The notes beneath the pieces are model-generated. The model made no database searches. It saw nothing but the letters and a program-made list of their open reading frames with translations, and was not told where the DNA came from. A stretch of 64,000 nucleotides of DNA from the NCBI GenBank assembly GCA_964016885.1, contig OZ024740.1, positions 290,098,001-290,162,000 on the forward strand, read 5' to 3'. Every line of letters begins with the position of its first letter. The first letter of the stretch is position 1. This document shows positions 52,794 to 64,000 of this stretch, one piece after another. This stretch comes from Eledone cirrhosa (lineage: Eukaryota). The translations under genes and the position numbers were made by a program.

Positions 52794-52883
52794 TTCTTCT
52801 TCTTCTTCTTCTTCTTCTTCTTCTTCTTCTTCTTCTTCTTCTTCTTCTTCTTCTTCTTCTTCTTCTTCTTCTTCTTCTTCTTC
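52461..52883. repeat. Compound (TTC)n/(GTC)n microsatellite, tail of a minus-strand RTE fragment
   Basis: Directly visible; abuts LINE 3' fragment 52884-53115. Confidence 0.95.
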
Positions 52884-53115
52884 GCAACCGCCCAATTATT
52901 CATGAGAGGGTCTTGGTCTTGGCGGCAAACTCCTCAAACACTCCTTCCAGTGGGCCCTATCAAAAGCAACCGTCTCCAACTGATCTGGCTGGATCTCCAA
53001 GCAAGACCAGCCAAGGTCGTGGATGTTATCCAACTATCTTGCTCGGGGTCTACCCCTGGGTCTCTTGCCAGTTGGTTTTGCCCGTAAGATCTTTCCTGAG
53101 ACATTCTAACTACAG
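52884..53115 (-). mobile_element. RTE-type LINE 3' fragment
   Basis: Shares CCAACTGATCTGGCTGGAT...TTTCCTGAGACATTCTAAC with 21207-21351. Confidence 0.75.
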
Positions 53116-53506
53116 GGGAAGAAATTTTAACAGTACTATTATACAATCAGACCACTACACCACTATACTACAGAGTAAACCTGAGTGGTTATTAACTATT
53201 GGGTCATCAAGTATGAAATTTCTAGAAATTTCTAGAAAAAAAAAAAAGAAATTTCTATTAATTTCATACTTGATGACCCAATATATTGTTTTCTAGAACT
53301 TACGGGAAATATGGTTTTTGGTAATGTTGTGTAGATGCTGTGATACACTTCTTTTCTTTTTTCGTTTAGCCCTTAATCTAAAACGAGGAAACTAACCTAT
53401 GATAAAAGTGTCCCAGCCCTCATCATAGCATCTTTTGTCTAGCTATACTGTATCTAGGATTTACATGGTCCATCTTGTTTTTCTCATTTTTCAGATGTAT
53501 GTATGC

Positions 53507-53706
53507 ACGAGGGATAGCTGAAAAGTTCCTAGGCTGACTATGAAGGGGTGATGTTAGAGCTGTGAAATCTTGCATGCAATAATTTCAATTCTGCTTATTA
53601 ATAAATGCATTGTTTCTTTCCAGGGACTATGTAGAAAAATAAACCTCATTTGGTCATTCCATGAGAGTGTCTTGGTCGGCCTAGGAACTTTTCAGCCGAT
53701 GTTCGT
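53507..53706. mobile_element. Mariner-like MITE
   Basis: Imperfect TIRs ACGAGGGATAGCTGAAAAGTTCCTAGGCTGAC / GTCGGCCTAGGAACTTTTCAGCCGATGTTCGT. Confidence 0.7.
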
Positions 53707-53744
53707 ATGTTTGTATGTATGTATGTATGTGTATGTGTATGTAT

Positions 53745-53982
53745 AATCTGAAAAGGTGTAAGGAATGTGGCAAGGAATGTGCTAGCACGGGAGATCTTAA
53801 AAGACACATGAGAACACACCGCCAGAACAAATCAATGGAAAGTCCCAGAAGAGCCTACAATTGTCATATATGTGCCATAGGGTGCAAGTCTTTGGCTGGT
53901 TTAAAGAACCACATTCGTGCTTCACATTTTTGAGCATTTTATCAGGTGATGGCAATGCTCGAACACGAGTTTGCAGCCATCA
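53745..53982 (+). pseudogene. LINE 3' fragment encoding two C2H2 zinc fingers, (TATG)n tail
   Basis: CKECGKEC..DLKRHMRTH and CHICAIGC..GLKNHIRASH; 3' end CTCGAACACGAGTTTGCAGCCATC+(TATG)n matches the ends at 54690 and 59378. Confidence 0.7.
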
Positions 53983-54079
53983 TGTATGTATGTATGTATG
54001 TATGTATGTATGTATGTATGTATGTATGTATGTATGTATGTATGTATGTATGTATGTATGTATGAATGTATGTATGTAT

Positions 54080-54690
54080 GTCAGGTCACCAGTTGGTGCT
54101 ACTGGTAACATGTATCCCAGTACAACCTGTCCCATGGTCGGGTCGTTGGCGACTAAACTGGCAACCCCACCAAGGTTTCTTGGTGAGGAGGGTGACTTTG
54201 GACATTCTGCAGGACTAAAAACAAAACCTGTCAAAAGGCAAAGGAGCTCTTAAGAGTCAATGGCCATCCAAAATCACCGGGAGAGATGACCCCTTAGCCT
54301 TTGTCAAGGCAGAATTCTAGGAGAAGGAAAACTCTGATATAACACCTGCAACCCTGATGGTTTCCAATGATGTTGACTTGTTCTTCTTTTTGGTAAATAT
54401 CATCTTGGTTAAGAGAGTGGGACTGGCTTTGTGCAGTGCCTTTGCTCACTATAAAAGCTTCACAGCACAGGCATTGCTTTATATCTGGAGATCTCTCTGC
54501 ACTTGTCGACACACATGGTACCATGGGCCCAGCACTATGTGTCAATAATTGTCACAAGTGTAGTGTTTGTACCAGAGTTTTCAAGTGGCTGGCTGGACTA
54601 AAAAGTCACACTCGTTCAGCGCATCGGTAGGGGTTCTCCTACATGGATATAAAGTAGTGGCCATACTCGAAAACGAGTTGGCAGCCACCA
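54080..54690 (+). mobile_element. Internally deleted non-autonomous RTE-like element
   Basis: Structured 5' part, C2H2 remnant (CSVCTRVFKWLAGLKSHTRSAH) and (TATG)n tail; second copy with the same ends at 58769-59378. Confidence 0.7.
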
Positions 54691-54779
54691 TGTATGTATG
54701 TATGTGTGTATGTATGTGTGTATGTATGTATGTGTGTATGTATGTATGTGTGTAAGTATGTATGCATGTGTGTATGTAT

Positions 54780-57700
54780 ATTCTTTTGGTTTTGTTTTAT
54801 AATTTCACAAAGTTTTACCAATAAAGAGAGAATTGATTTCTAACATAGACACAAGACTCTCTCATTGTAATTCACACAACATCAACTAGGTAGATATGTA
54901 TGTATGCATGCATGTGTAGATATGGATGTTATTGTGTTATTGTATGTGTGGATGTGTGTGTTTTGAGTTGTATGTGTGCATGTGTATATGCTTTGTATCT
55001 GTATATGTGTATATGCAGTTATTAGATGCAAAATATTTGGAATGTTTTACATATTTTTACTGTTCCATTAATGGATTGTACTTGTAATTTCCTAACTAGT
55101 TGTGTTCTTTCTGTTCCTGTGAAGCGTAGCTTCTCAAGATTTGTATTGAGGCAGTTACTAACATACCCCAGTGCCCCAATAATCACAGGCATAAATCTGA
55201 AGGTGTAATCAGGGTGGAGTATCTGCAGATTTCTCATCAGTTCTGCATAAATATTCTCCTTTTCGCTAATCTTTGATATTATATTGGCATCTGCTGGGCA
55301 GCTAATTTCCACTACTGTGCATGTTTTCTTCTCCCTGTCCCATATAATATCTGGTCTGTTATGCCTGCATTTTATTGGGGTTTTTACTGGAACATTCCAC
55401 CAGTACTCTTTCATATTATGTACATGGATGTCTTCCACATTGTTGTAGCTTATTATGTAGTTTATTATCGGGGCTATCTTTTTTACGAACTGCATTGTAC
55501 AGTGTTTTGGCTACTACATCATGCCTCATAGGTAGATAGTACCGCGATGACATCAGTGGACAGGGGCGACATCTCCAATGTTAATTCTGCAGAGTATACA
55601 TTTCTTATCACATCTAGGTGTTTTGCCTGCATCCCTATCTCTTTTGTGAATCAGGTATGTCGTGCTAATCTCCTGTTCCTGGATTGCAAAAGCGTATCCT
55701 TCAACGTGGGAGCCAATATAGCGGTTGTTGGTCCAAGATAGACTACTTTCCTTATCTATATTACTCTCACTCTGGAGCTTCCTGGCAACATATCCATGCA
55801 TGATATTTTGCTGATAGGCATGCAGCTTTTCATCCATGGATTCACTGCGATACTGCTGAGCGACATCCCTGGGTGTGAGTTTTTGATTATCACACAGGGA
55901 ATATCTCTCAAGGAGGTCCTTCCCAACTCTCATGATCTTAACTGTTTCATGCAGATAGACTTGCTCGATAAACGGGTTCCTACGCTTCGAGATCGTAGAT
56001 GTCGGAGAGATATGATGCGACATTCAAATGTTGTCTGGACTGATGTTAGGCCTCTACCTCCCTGCTTACGTTTCAAGTAAAGGCGGTCTATGTTACTGTT
56101 GATGTGGAAGCTTCCGGTGTTGTTCAGTATTTTTCGAGTTCCAACATCAACTGCTCGGATTTCGTCTATCGTCCAATTGAGTATTCCAAACGTTGGTGTT
56201 AGGACAGGCACAGCAAACACATTGTGAGCCACTGTTTTGTTTTGAGCAGAGAGTTCCGATGACCAGATCTTTCTTAATCGGGTGTAGTATTTCCTGGTTA
56301 CGCGTTCTTTATTACAGATACCATTATAGGATATGGTCTCATCTATCCCCAGGTATCTGTAGCAGTCCTCATCAGATATCGATAACACAGTTAGGCCATT
56401 GATGACAATGTTGCTAGATTGGGCTGTTGTTTTTCCCCGCTTTACATTCATGTATGAGCATTTATCTTGGCCAAACTCCATTCCTATATCCTTTGAGAAC
56501 GTTGTAACCAGGTCAAGATTTTTCTTCATCCCATCCATGTTATTGGCATAGAATTTCAGATCGTCCACAAAGAAATTATGGGTTAGGTTCGTATTTCTGT
56601 CCTCCTGTGAGCCAATGATGTATCCCTCACATTTTTTGAGCAGAAAGGACAAGGGGTTTAATGACAAGATGAATAATATCACAGAGAGACTGTCCCCATA
56701 GTACCCCACAGAGAGACTGTACCCCATATTTTTCTCCAAAAGGAATCTATGTCTTTCTGGGATGGGGCCTCAGTGACACTTATTATTTTGTCCTTCATAT
56801 CTCTATAGACTGATGTTTGGTTTCGTCTGAATCTTTTATTAAGCACTTTTCTCTCATCTACCTTCTTCAGGTATCGGCGTTTTTCGCTAACAGCTCTCAG
56901 TTCTTGCTTATATTGGAGAGTTCTGGTTCTACTGTTACCAAACATCGTCTCTATTTTATTTTTCACTCTTTGTTGGCGAGGAGTGAGGTTTTTTGTGTTT
57001 GTTTGCATGTAAGGAGCATTGTCACATATCCTATGTTTTTTCGTAGGTCAGCAATCTTTTTTTCTATTTTAGTTATATATGATGGTATTTTTGGTGGTGT
57101 TTTGTTCTTGTTAATATCTCTGCTATCACCAAGATAATGCTTCACTGTCGTTGCTAAGGCATATAAACAAGCGTTGATTTGCCAAAATGTTGGGGTTTTA
57201 TCCGTCGTAAATATTCATCCCCTATTTCGTCAATAACACGTAATATTTCATTATTTGGTTTTTTATTCAACATTGTCGTTTTAACACGTTCAGCAAGAGA
57301 TACATGAATTCATTTCTCTCTGGAAGATTTCGTTGAGGGAAATTTTCAATTGTTTATACTTTTGATTATCACAACAGTCGAGGTAGACTCGGATGGTACA
57401 CGTGTTGTCACATTTATTAGATTATTATTAATTGGCAGTATCGGTAAAGGGTCGGACTTGCTTTCCAGCATATTTACGTCCCTTTACGATCTGAGTTCAA
57501 ATCCGGCCGAGGTTAACTTTGCCTTTCATCCTTACGGGGTCGATAAAATAAAGTACCAGTAATGTACAGAGTAATTGCTGGCCTTGTGCCTAAAATAGAA
57601 ACAATTATTATTATCGATAGTGTTTTCCCAGCATTCGAGGTAGACTTAGATTGTACAGGTGGTGTCAAGTTTCTTACAATCATAGTTGTTTCAAGGCGCT

Positions 57701-58090
57701 GTTCGACCTGGCTGCTAGGAAGTCTAGTAGCATGGCGACCTGTAGCACGTGTTGTTGATAACATGTTTGTTGTTGGGGACTTACAATTAATAATATTTAT
57801 CTTATTTTTACGTTCAACAAACGTCGCTTGTTGGCGTAATTGTTTCGCTGTGAAATAATTTACATCTGGGTGCATTTCGTCCCAGCGTAGCTTCATTCTA
57901 TTCATATAGCCAATGGAGGGAATGTTTATTGCCATTTTATAACAATTAAATAAATCATTATTAAGTTCGTAACTCCAAGAGAAATGCCATTTATAATTTC
58001 GGTTTCTTCTGTAGCTATAACTGAATAAAGTTTGATTACCTTCCTTGTTATTTGTCTTCGATAATTCCTTAATTTTTTGTTGATGTTGTG
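54780..58090 (-). pseudogene. Decayed Dong/R4-clade LINE (RT and RLE), internally deleted, SINE inserted at 57432-57610
   Basis: GDSLS and HNFFVDDLKFY (RT); RLYLKRKQGGRGL; AIQEQ..KCILC; HNRPDII..VEISCP..K..Y (RLE); 3'UTR 54780-55021. Confidence 0.9.
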
Positions 58091-58641
58091 TTCAGCCATG
58101 CTGTTTGTAGCAAATCCTTGTAAAATAAATTATGTATTTAGTCGGATCTATGTACGAATTCGAATAGTCGGAGATAGTATTCATCTTAAATTTAATAAAT
58201 AGTCTCCCACGCCAAAATATGCGACTGTCTCTGTATGTATGTATGTATGTATGTATGTATGTATGTATGTATGTATGTATGTATGTATGTATGTATGTAT
58301 GTATGTATGTATGTATGTGTGTGTGTATGTATGTATGCGTGTGAGTATGTATGCACGTATGTATGTATGTATGCATGTATGTATGCATGTATGTATGTAT
58401 GCATGTATGTATGTGTGCGTGTATATGTTTATACAAATACATATATGTATACATATATATGTACATGTATATATATGTACGTGTATATATATATATACAT
58501 ATATATATATATGTATACGTGTATATATGTGTGTGTACATATATATATATATGAACATATATATACATATATATATATATATGTATATACATATATATAT
58601 ATATATATATATACATATATATATACATATATATGTATATA

Positions 58642-58674
<33 letters not shown>

Positions 58675-58675
58675 G

Positions 58676-58763
<88 letters not shown>

Positions 58764-58768
58764 TATAT

Positions 58769-59378
58769 GTCAGGTCACCAGGTGGTGCTACTGGTAACAT
58801 GTATCCCAGTACAACCTGTCTCATGGTCGGGTCGCTGGCGACTAAACTGGCAACCCCACCAAGGTTTCTTGGTGAGGAGGGTGACTTTGGACATCCTGCA
58901 GGACTAAAAACAAAACCTGTCAAAGGGCAAAGGAGCTCTTAAGAGTCAATGGCCATCCAAAATCACCGGGTGTGATGACCCCTTAGCCTTTGTCAAGGCA
59001 GAATTGTATGAGAAGGAAAACTCTGATATAACACCTGCAACCCTGATGGTATCCAATGATGTTGACTTGTTCTTCTTGTTGGTAAATATCATCTTGGTTA
59101 AGAGAGTGGGACTGGCTTTGTGCAGTGCCTTTGCTCACTATAAAAGCATCACGGCACAGGCATTGCTTTATATCTGGAGATCTCTCTGCACTTGTCGTCA
59201 CAGGGTACCATGGGCCCAGCGCTATGTGTCAGTAATTGTCACAAGTGTAGTGTTTGTACCAGAGTTTTCAAGTCACTGGTTGGACTAAAAAGTCACACTC
59301 GTTTAGCGCATCGGTAGGGGTTCTCCTACATGGATATAAAGTAGTGGCCGTACTCGAAAACGAGTTGGCAGCCACCAT
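58769..59378 (+). mobile_element. Second copy of the non-autonomous RTE-like element
   Basis: High similarity to 54080-54690. Confidence 0.75.
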
Positions 59379-59524
59379 GTCTGTATGTATGTATGTATGC
59401 GTGTGAGTATGTATGTATGTACGTATGCATGTATGTATGTATGCATGTATGTATGCATGTATGTATGCATGTATGTATGCATGTATGTATGTGTGTATAT
59501 ATGTATGGGTGTATATATGTGTAT

Positions 59525-59745
59525 GTATTTTCTTCTGGTTTTATGATTTTATAAATTTCTACCAACAGAGAGAGTTTGTAACATAGACATAAGACTCTTT
59601 CATTGGAATTTAATCAACGAGGTAGATATGTGTGCATGTCTGTATGTGTGCGTGTAAGTGCAGGTATAGATGTTATTGTATGTGCGTATGTGAATTTCTT
59701 AGTTATATGTTTTGTATCTGTACATGTGTACATGCAGTTAATGTA
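59525..59745 (-). mobile_element. Solo 3'UTR of the Dong/R4 LINE
   Basis: Homologous to 54780-55021. Confidence 0.65.
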
Positions 59746-59773
59746 TGTAAGTATGTGTGTATGTATATTTATA

Positions 59774-59852
<79 letters not shown>

Positions 59853-59853
59853 G

Positions 59854-59892
<39 letters not shown>

Positions 59893-60182
59893 GTCTGTAT
59901 GTCTGCATGCATGTATATATGTGAGTGTGTGTATATGTATGTATGCATGTATATATGTATGTAGGTAGGTAGGTATATATGTGAGTATGATTGTATGTAT
60001 GTGTAAGCATTTACCAAAGTCATCAAGACTGAGACATAGAAAGAAAGGGAGATCAGAGGAAGGGAAGGGGGAGAAGACAGATAAGAAGAAAGTACACTAA
60101 AGACATAGGAATGCAGGCCAAGAAAAGATAACACAATGAATGTACATTAAAAATGAAATCAAAGAAACCTAATGCAATAAGT

Positions 60183-60213
<31 letters not shown>

Positions 60214-60524
60214 AATAAAACCAAAAAGACCCAGAGGCACGAAGACAAGCCCAATCCTCCACAGAAGTTGGCCATAAACTATTAAAGCTTTAAGAACTTG
60301 GCAATTCATCCGAACATTTAGTGCCAAATTTAGTTACCATATTGCATCAGAGCTAGACACAACTAAGCGAATATAACAACTGAAAATTACCAGACGTGAA
60401 CAAAGAAAGCTAAAGACATATACCACCTGATCATCTGTATGTCCCGAATGATGATATGGTCAGATGTGATGCGGTACAGATATATTAGAAGTAGCTGATA
60501 TATATATATGTTTCATATAAATAC

Positions 60525-60611
<87 letters not shown>

Positions 60612-60644
60612 TACATAGCCATACACGCACGCACAAACATGCAT

Positions 60645-60675
<31 letters not shown>

Positions 60676-60686
60676 CACACACACAT

Positions 60687-60743
<57 letters not shown>

Positions 60744-61577
60744 CATTAAATTAAAAGTCGATTGACATATATATATATAAAATAAACACATCAAACAATT
60801 ACAAGGGATAATTTGTAAAGAGTGTAAACACACTTAGTTACGGAAGTATCTTATCAAAAATTAACGAGAACCTTCAATATAGATGCAATAATTGTTTCTA
60901 CTTTAGGCACAAGGCCAGCAAATACCCAGTGCATTACTGGTACTTTATTTTATCGACCCCGTAAGGATGAAAGGCAAAGTCAACCTCGGCGGGATTTGAA
61001 CTCAGATCGTAAAGGGACGTAACTATGCTGGAAAGCATGGCGTCCGACCCTCTACCGATACTGCCAATCCACCGCCCTATATAGATGCAATAATTGTTTC
61101 TACTTTTGGCACAAGGCCAGCAATTATCCCAGTGTATTACTGGTAGTTTATTTTATCGACCCCATAAGGATGAAAGGTAAAGTTAACCGCCCTATATAGA
61201 TGCAATAATGAGAGATAGTTAAATCTCCTCCTTTGCCAATGATCCAAGATTTATTAACATCTGTGATTCACCGATTAATGATAAAATATATTTCTTTAAT
61301 GGAATATATACAAAGGTGATTAATCATTATTGAAGGATCTCGTTAATGTTTAATATGTTACCTCCGTAACTATGTGTGTTTACACTCTTTACAAATTATC
61401 CCCTGTAATTGATTGATGTGTTTATTTTATATATATATATATACGTCAATCGACTTTTAATTTAATGTTAATAAATGCTCGGATTTATTTCTTGGAATCT
61501 TTGAAATTATTCTACAGCTGATATGGCGCATGTTTCTGATATTCTCAGACATGGCATCTTTAATTTATTTTGGTAGT
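60744..61577 (+). mobile_element. Fold-back element (family of 3845-4893) with decayed hammerhead and tandem SINE insertion
   Basis: Left arm 60744-60880, right arm to ~61450, tail to 61577; cctttg-CCAATGA..AAAA..TA-caaagg at 61230-61316; SINEs at 60893-61192. Confidence 0.8.
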
Positions 61578-61596
61578 ATATATATATATATATATA

Positions 61597-62658
61597 TAGA
61601 AAAGATGAATATAAAATGAAAGTACTTTTATAAAGGAATTTATTAGGTATTGACATATGTTTCTGTAACAGACGGAATACCTATGTATCGCTGCTTGCGT
61701 AATCATATAATGTTAGCAAGTATTCGATAGCAAATGTATAATCAGTTGTCACTTCTTCAGAGATATTGGATACATTGGAAAAAATCAGAAAAATCAAAGT
61801 ATTTATATTAGTTGTAAGAAAGGAAGAAGAGAAGGGATAGTATATGACAGATGGCAATTCAATTTGCTGGTAAACAAGAATATAGAAGGTTTTTAATGAG
61901 AATACAATGAGTATATGGCTTATTTTATCTAAATAAGAATTTTGGGGAGTGCCTATTTTAATCTATATTTGACCAGTTGAACAATGGACAGGGCTGGTCG
62001 TTTAATACTACTACACCAAACGACCAGCCCTGTCCATTGTTCAACTGGTCAAATATAGATTAAAATAGGTACTCCCAAAAATTCTTATTTAGATAAAATA
62101 AGCCATATACTCATTGTATTCTCATTAAAAACCTTCTATATTCTTGTTTACCAGCAAATTGAATTGCCATCTGCCATATACTATCCCTTCTCTTCTTCCT
62201 TTCTTACAACTAATATAAATACTATGATTTTTCTGATTTTTTCCAATGTATCCAATATCTCTGAAGAAGTGACAACTGATTATACATTTGCTATCGAATA
62301 CTTGCTAGCATTATATGATTTATGGTCTGAGTTCAAATCCCGCCGAGGTTAACTTTGCCTTTCATCCTTACAGGGTCGATAAAATAAAGCACCAGTAATA
62401 CACTGGGATAATTGCTGGCCTTGTGCCAAAATGTAGAAACAATTATATGATTACGCAAGCATCGATACATAGGTATTCCGTCTGTTACAGAAACATATGT
62501 CAATACCTAATAAATTCCTTTATAAAAGCACTTTCATTTTATATTCATCTTTTCTACATTTTCTCCGGAATATAATTTATATTCGTTGAGCAAACCTACA
62601 CGTACGCTGTTCATCTCTAACGTGGCGATATATTATCACTACATTATTGATAACTTGA

Positions 62659-62665
<7 letters not shown>
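61597..62665 (+). mobile_element. ~405-bp-arm palindrome with tail, hammerhead-like core, SINE in the right arm
   Basis: Arms 61597-62003/62018-62556, 14-nt loop, tail to 62665; CTGAAGA-aGTGACA..TGTTACa-GAAA-CATATG-TC; SINE 62321-62441 with TSD ATTATATGATT. Confidence 0.85.
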
Positions 62666-62694
<29 letters not shown>

Positions 62695-62696
62695 TA

Positions 62697-62970
62697 AAGA
62701 GTCAGGACCCCGGCAAAAGCTCAGCTGTCTCTATAATAATTGTTTCTACTTTTGGCACAAGGTCAGCAATTATCCCAGTGTATTACTGGTACTTTATTTT
62801 ATCGACCCTGTAAAGATGAAAGGCAAAGTTAACCTCGGCGGGATTTGAACTCAGATCATAAAGGGAGGTAAGTATATGCTTCAAAGCATTGCGTCCGACC
62901 CTCTGCAATCCACAACCATACTCTACTGCCCCAAGTATCGAGTATTCTGTTGAGTAATGATCTAACCAGT
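62697..62970 (+). mobile_element. 5167-family element interrupted by a SINE (62741-62905)
   Basis: AAAGAGTCAGGACCCCG start; tail CTCTACTGCCCCAAGTATCGAGTA after the SINE. Confidence 0.65.
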
Positions 62971-63143
62971 TTCAAACTGAATTTATCCTCATTCATATAT
63001 ACGTCTGATGTGCAGATCGGTATTGGAGACAGATCTATAATATCGATAAAGACATGGAGCCAATCATCTATGAAAGTTCGTTATCTCATATATAACATTT
63101 CTCTCTCCACATACACGCACACACGCACGCACACACACACACG

Positions 63144-63244
<101 letters not shown>

Positions 63245-63390
63245 TATTCATTTATATTAAGTCTAAGAAGGTGTTGTTATTCCGGAGTTTCACCTGTTTA
63301 TCATAGGGTAATCGACCTTAATATAAATGAATATTAAAACTCTACTTCGGTATTGAGTACTCCTTTCTCTCAGTCGTCAACCACACACTG
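63245..63390 (+). mobile_element. Small fold-back element with shared tail
   Basis: TATTCATTTATATTAAG / CTTAATATAAATGAATA; tail CTCTACTTCGGTATTGAGTAC; TA flanks. Confidence 0.65.
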
Positions 63391-63427
63391 ATATATATAT
63401 ATATATTGATATATTGATTGATTGATT

Positions 63428-63570
63428 GTCTGCGGTACCGGGACTGGGATGACCACAAATCAGAGAAGTACTCGATACATGGCGTGATGACGAGTGGGTA
63501 TATTAATAAATGTAGAGGATCGACCGTGGGCCCTCGGTTTCGGCTAGTTGCCTCTAAGACGTCTTCTACC
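63428..63570 (-). mobile_element. Tail-bearing element with degenerate hammerhead
   Basis: Minus strand: TAGAAGA..AGCC-GAAA-CCG agggccca CGG-TC, then tail ATGTATCGAGTACTTCTCTGATTTGTGGTC into an (ATCA)n/(TA)n tract. Confidence 0.6.
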
Positions 63571-64000
63571 ATTATTTTATGTTTCCCGGATGCACAATCT
63601 TTTACCCAGTCATGATGAGTGGTTGGATACCGAAGTGGTCATATGATTGACAAAACATTCCTGAAGTAAAACAGAAGTCCTCAGCCGAATACATACTAGA
63701 GAACGTTTTCCTTGCTCAGTGTTTTTATATTTGAAAACCCATACAGAGAGTCTCTATCTTCAAACTGCGAGGAAATTTTCAGCTGATTTATAATTTTTCA
63801 CTCACTATATTACGTATTCAAACCTCTATTGTATTTACGAGCATCTTGCAGAACGCTCCTATGTCGTATTTTTTGTCCCAACACCCCCAAATTCAGACTC
63901 AGTCTAACCAAGTGCAAGAGAATATGCTTCGCTAAGAAGATCTAACAAAATCGAAGCATGCCCATTGCTTTTACCATTTGGCTATAAATTCAAGGTCTCC

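Noticed and set aside
52347-53296. Poly-F/S/L/R/E/K ORFs in all six frames
   Set aside because: Stop-free trinucleotide repeat.
54080-54170. HDV-like ribozyme at the 5' end of the RTE-like element
   Set aside because: CCAGT/ACTGG pairing and CTAA are present, but I could not build P1/P1.1 of the nested double pseudoknot by eye.
60260-60480. Possible Penelope ORF remnant (TEVGHKLLKL..KFSY) and CTGATCA hairpin
   Set aside because: Match too short and degenerate to support without a profile search.

Overview
Eukaryotic, AT-rich, microsatellite-saturated non-genic DNA. It is probably an octopus or other cephalopod, inferred from the tRNA-headed SINE and the repeat landscape. No host gene is supported, and nearly all short ORFs in the track are microsatellite or antisense artefacts. 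Supported content: two near-complete L1/Tx1-type LINEs in tandem inside a (TATC)n tract (31271-42859); decayed RTE, CRE, Dong/R4, Tx1 and Tc1/mariner remnants; non-autonomous Helitrons and MITEs; about 20 copies of one SINE; and a ~6.2-kb tandem duplication whose junction is a hybrid SINE. The most striking unannotated layer is a dozen or more short non-coding fold-back elements wedged into (TA)n/(GA)n tracts. They share one architecture (inverted arms plus an unpaired 3' tail), most carry full or partial hammerhead ribozyme cores, and a subset share a tail motif. There is also a 420-bp tandem unit with two intact minimal hammerheads, a retrozyme-like circular RNA candidate. These look like a diverse Penelope-related ribozyme retroelement system. 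All alignments and folds were done by eye, so coordinates may be off by a few bases.
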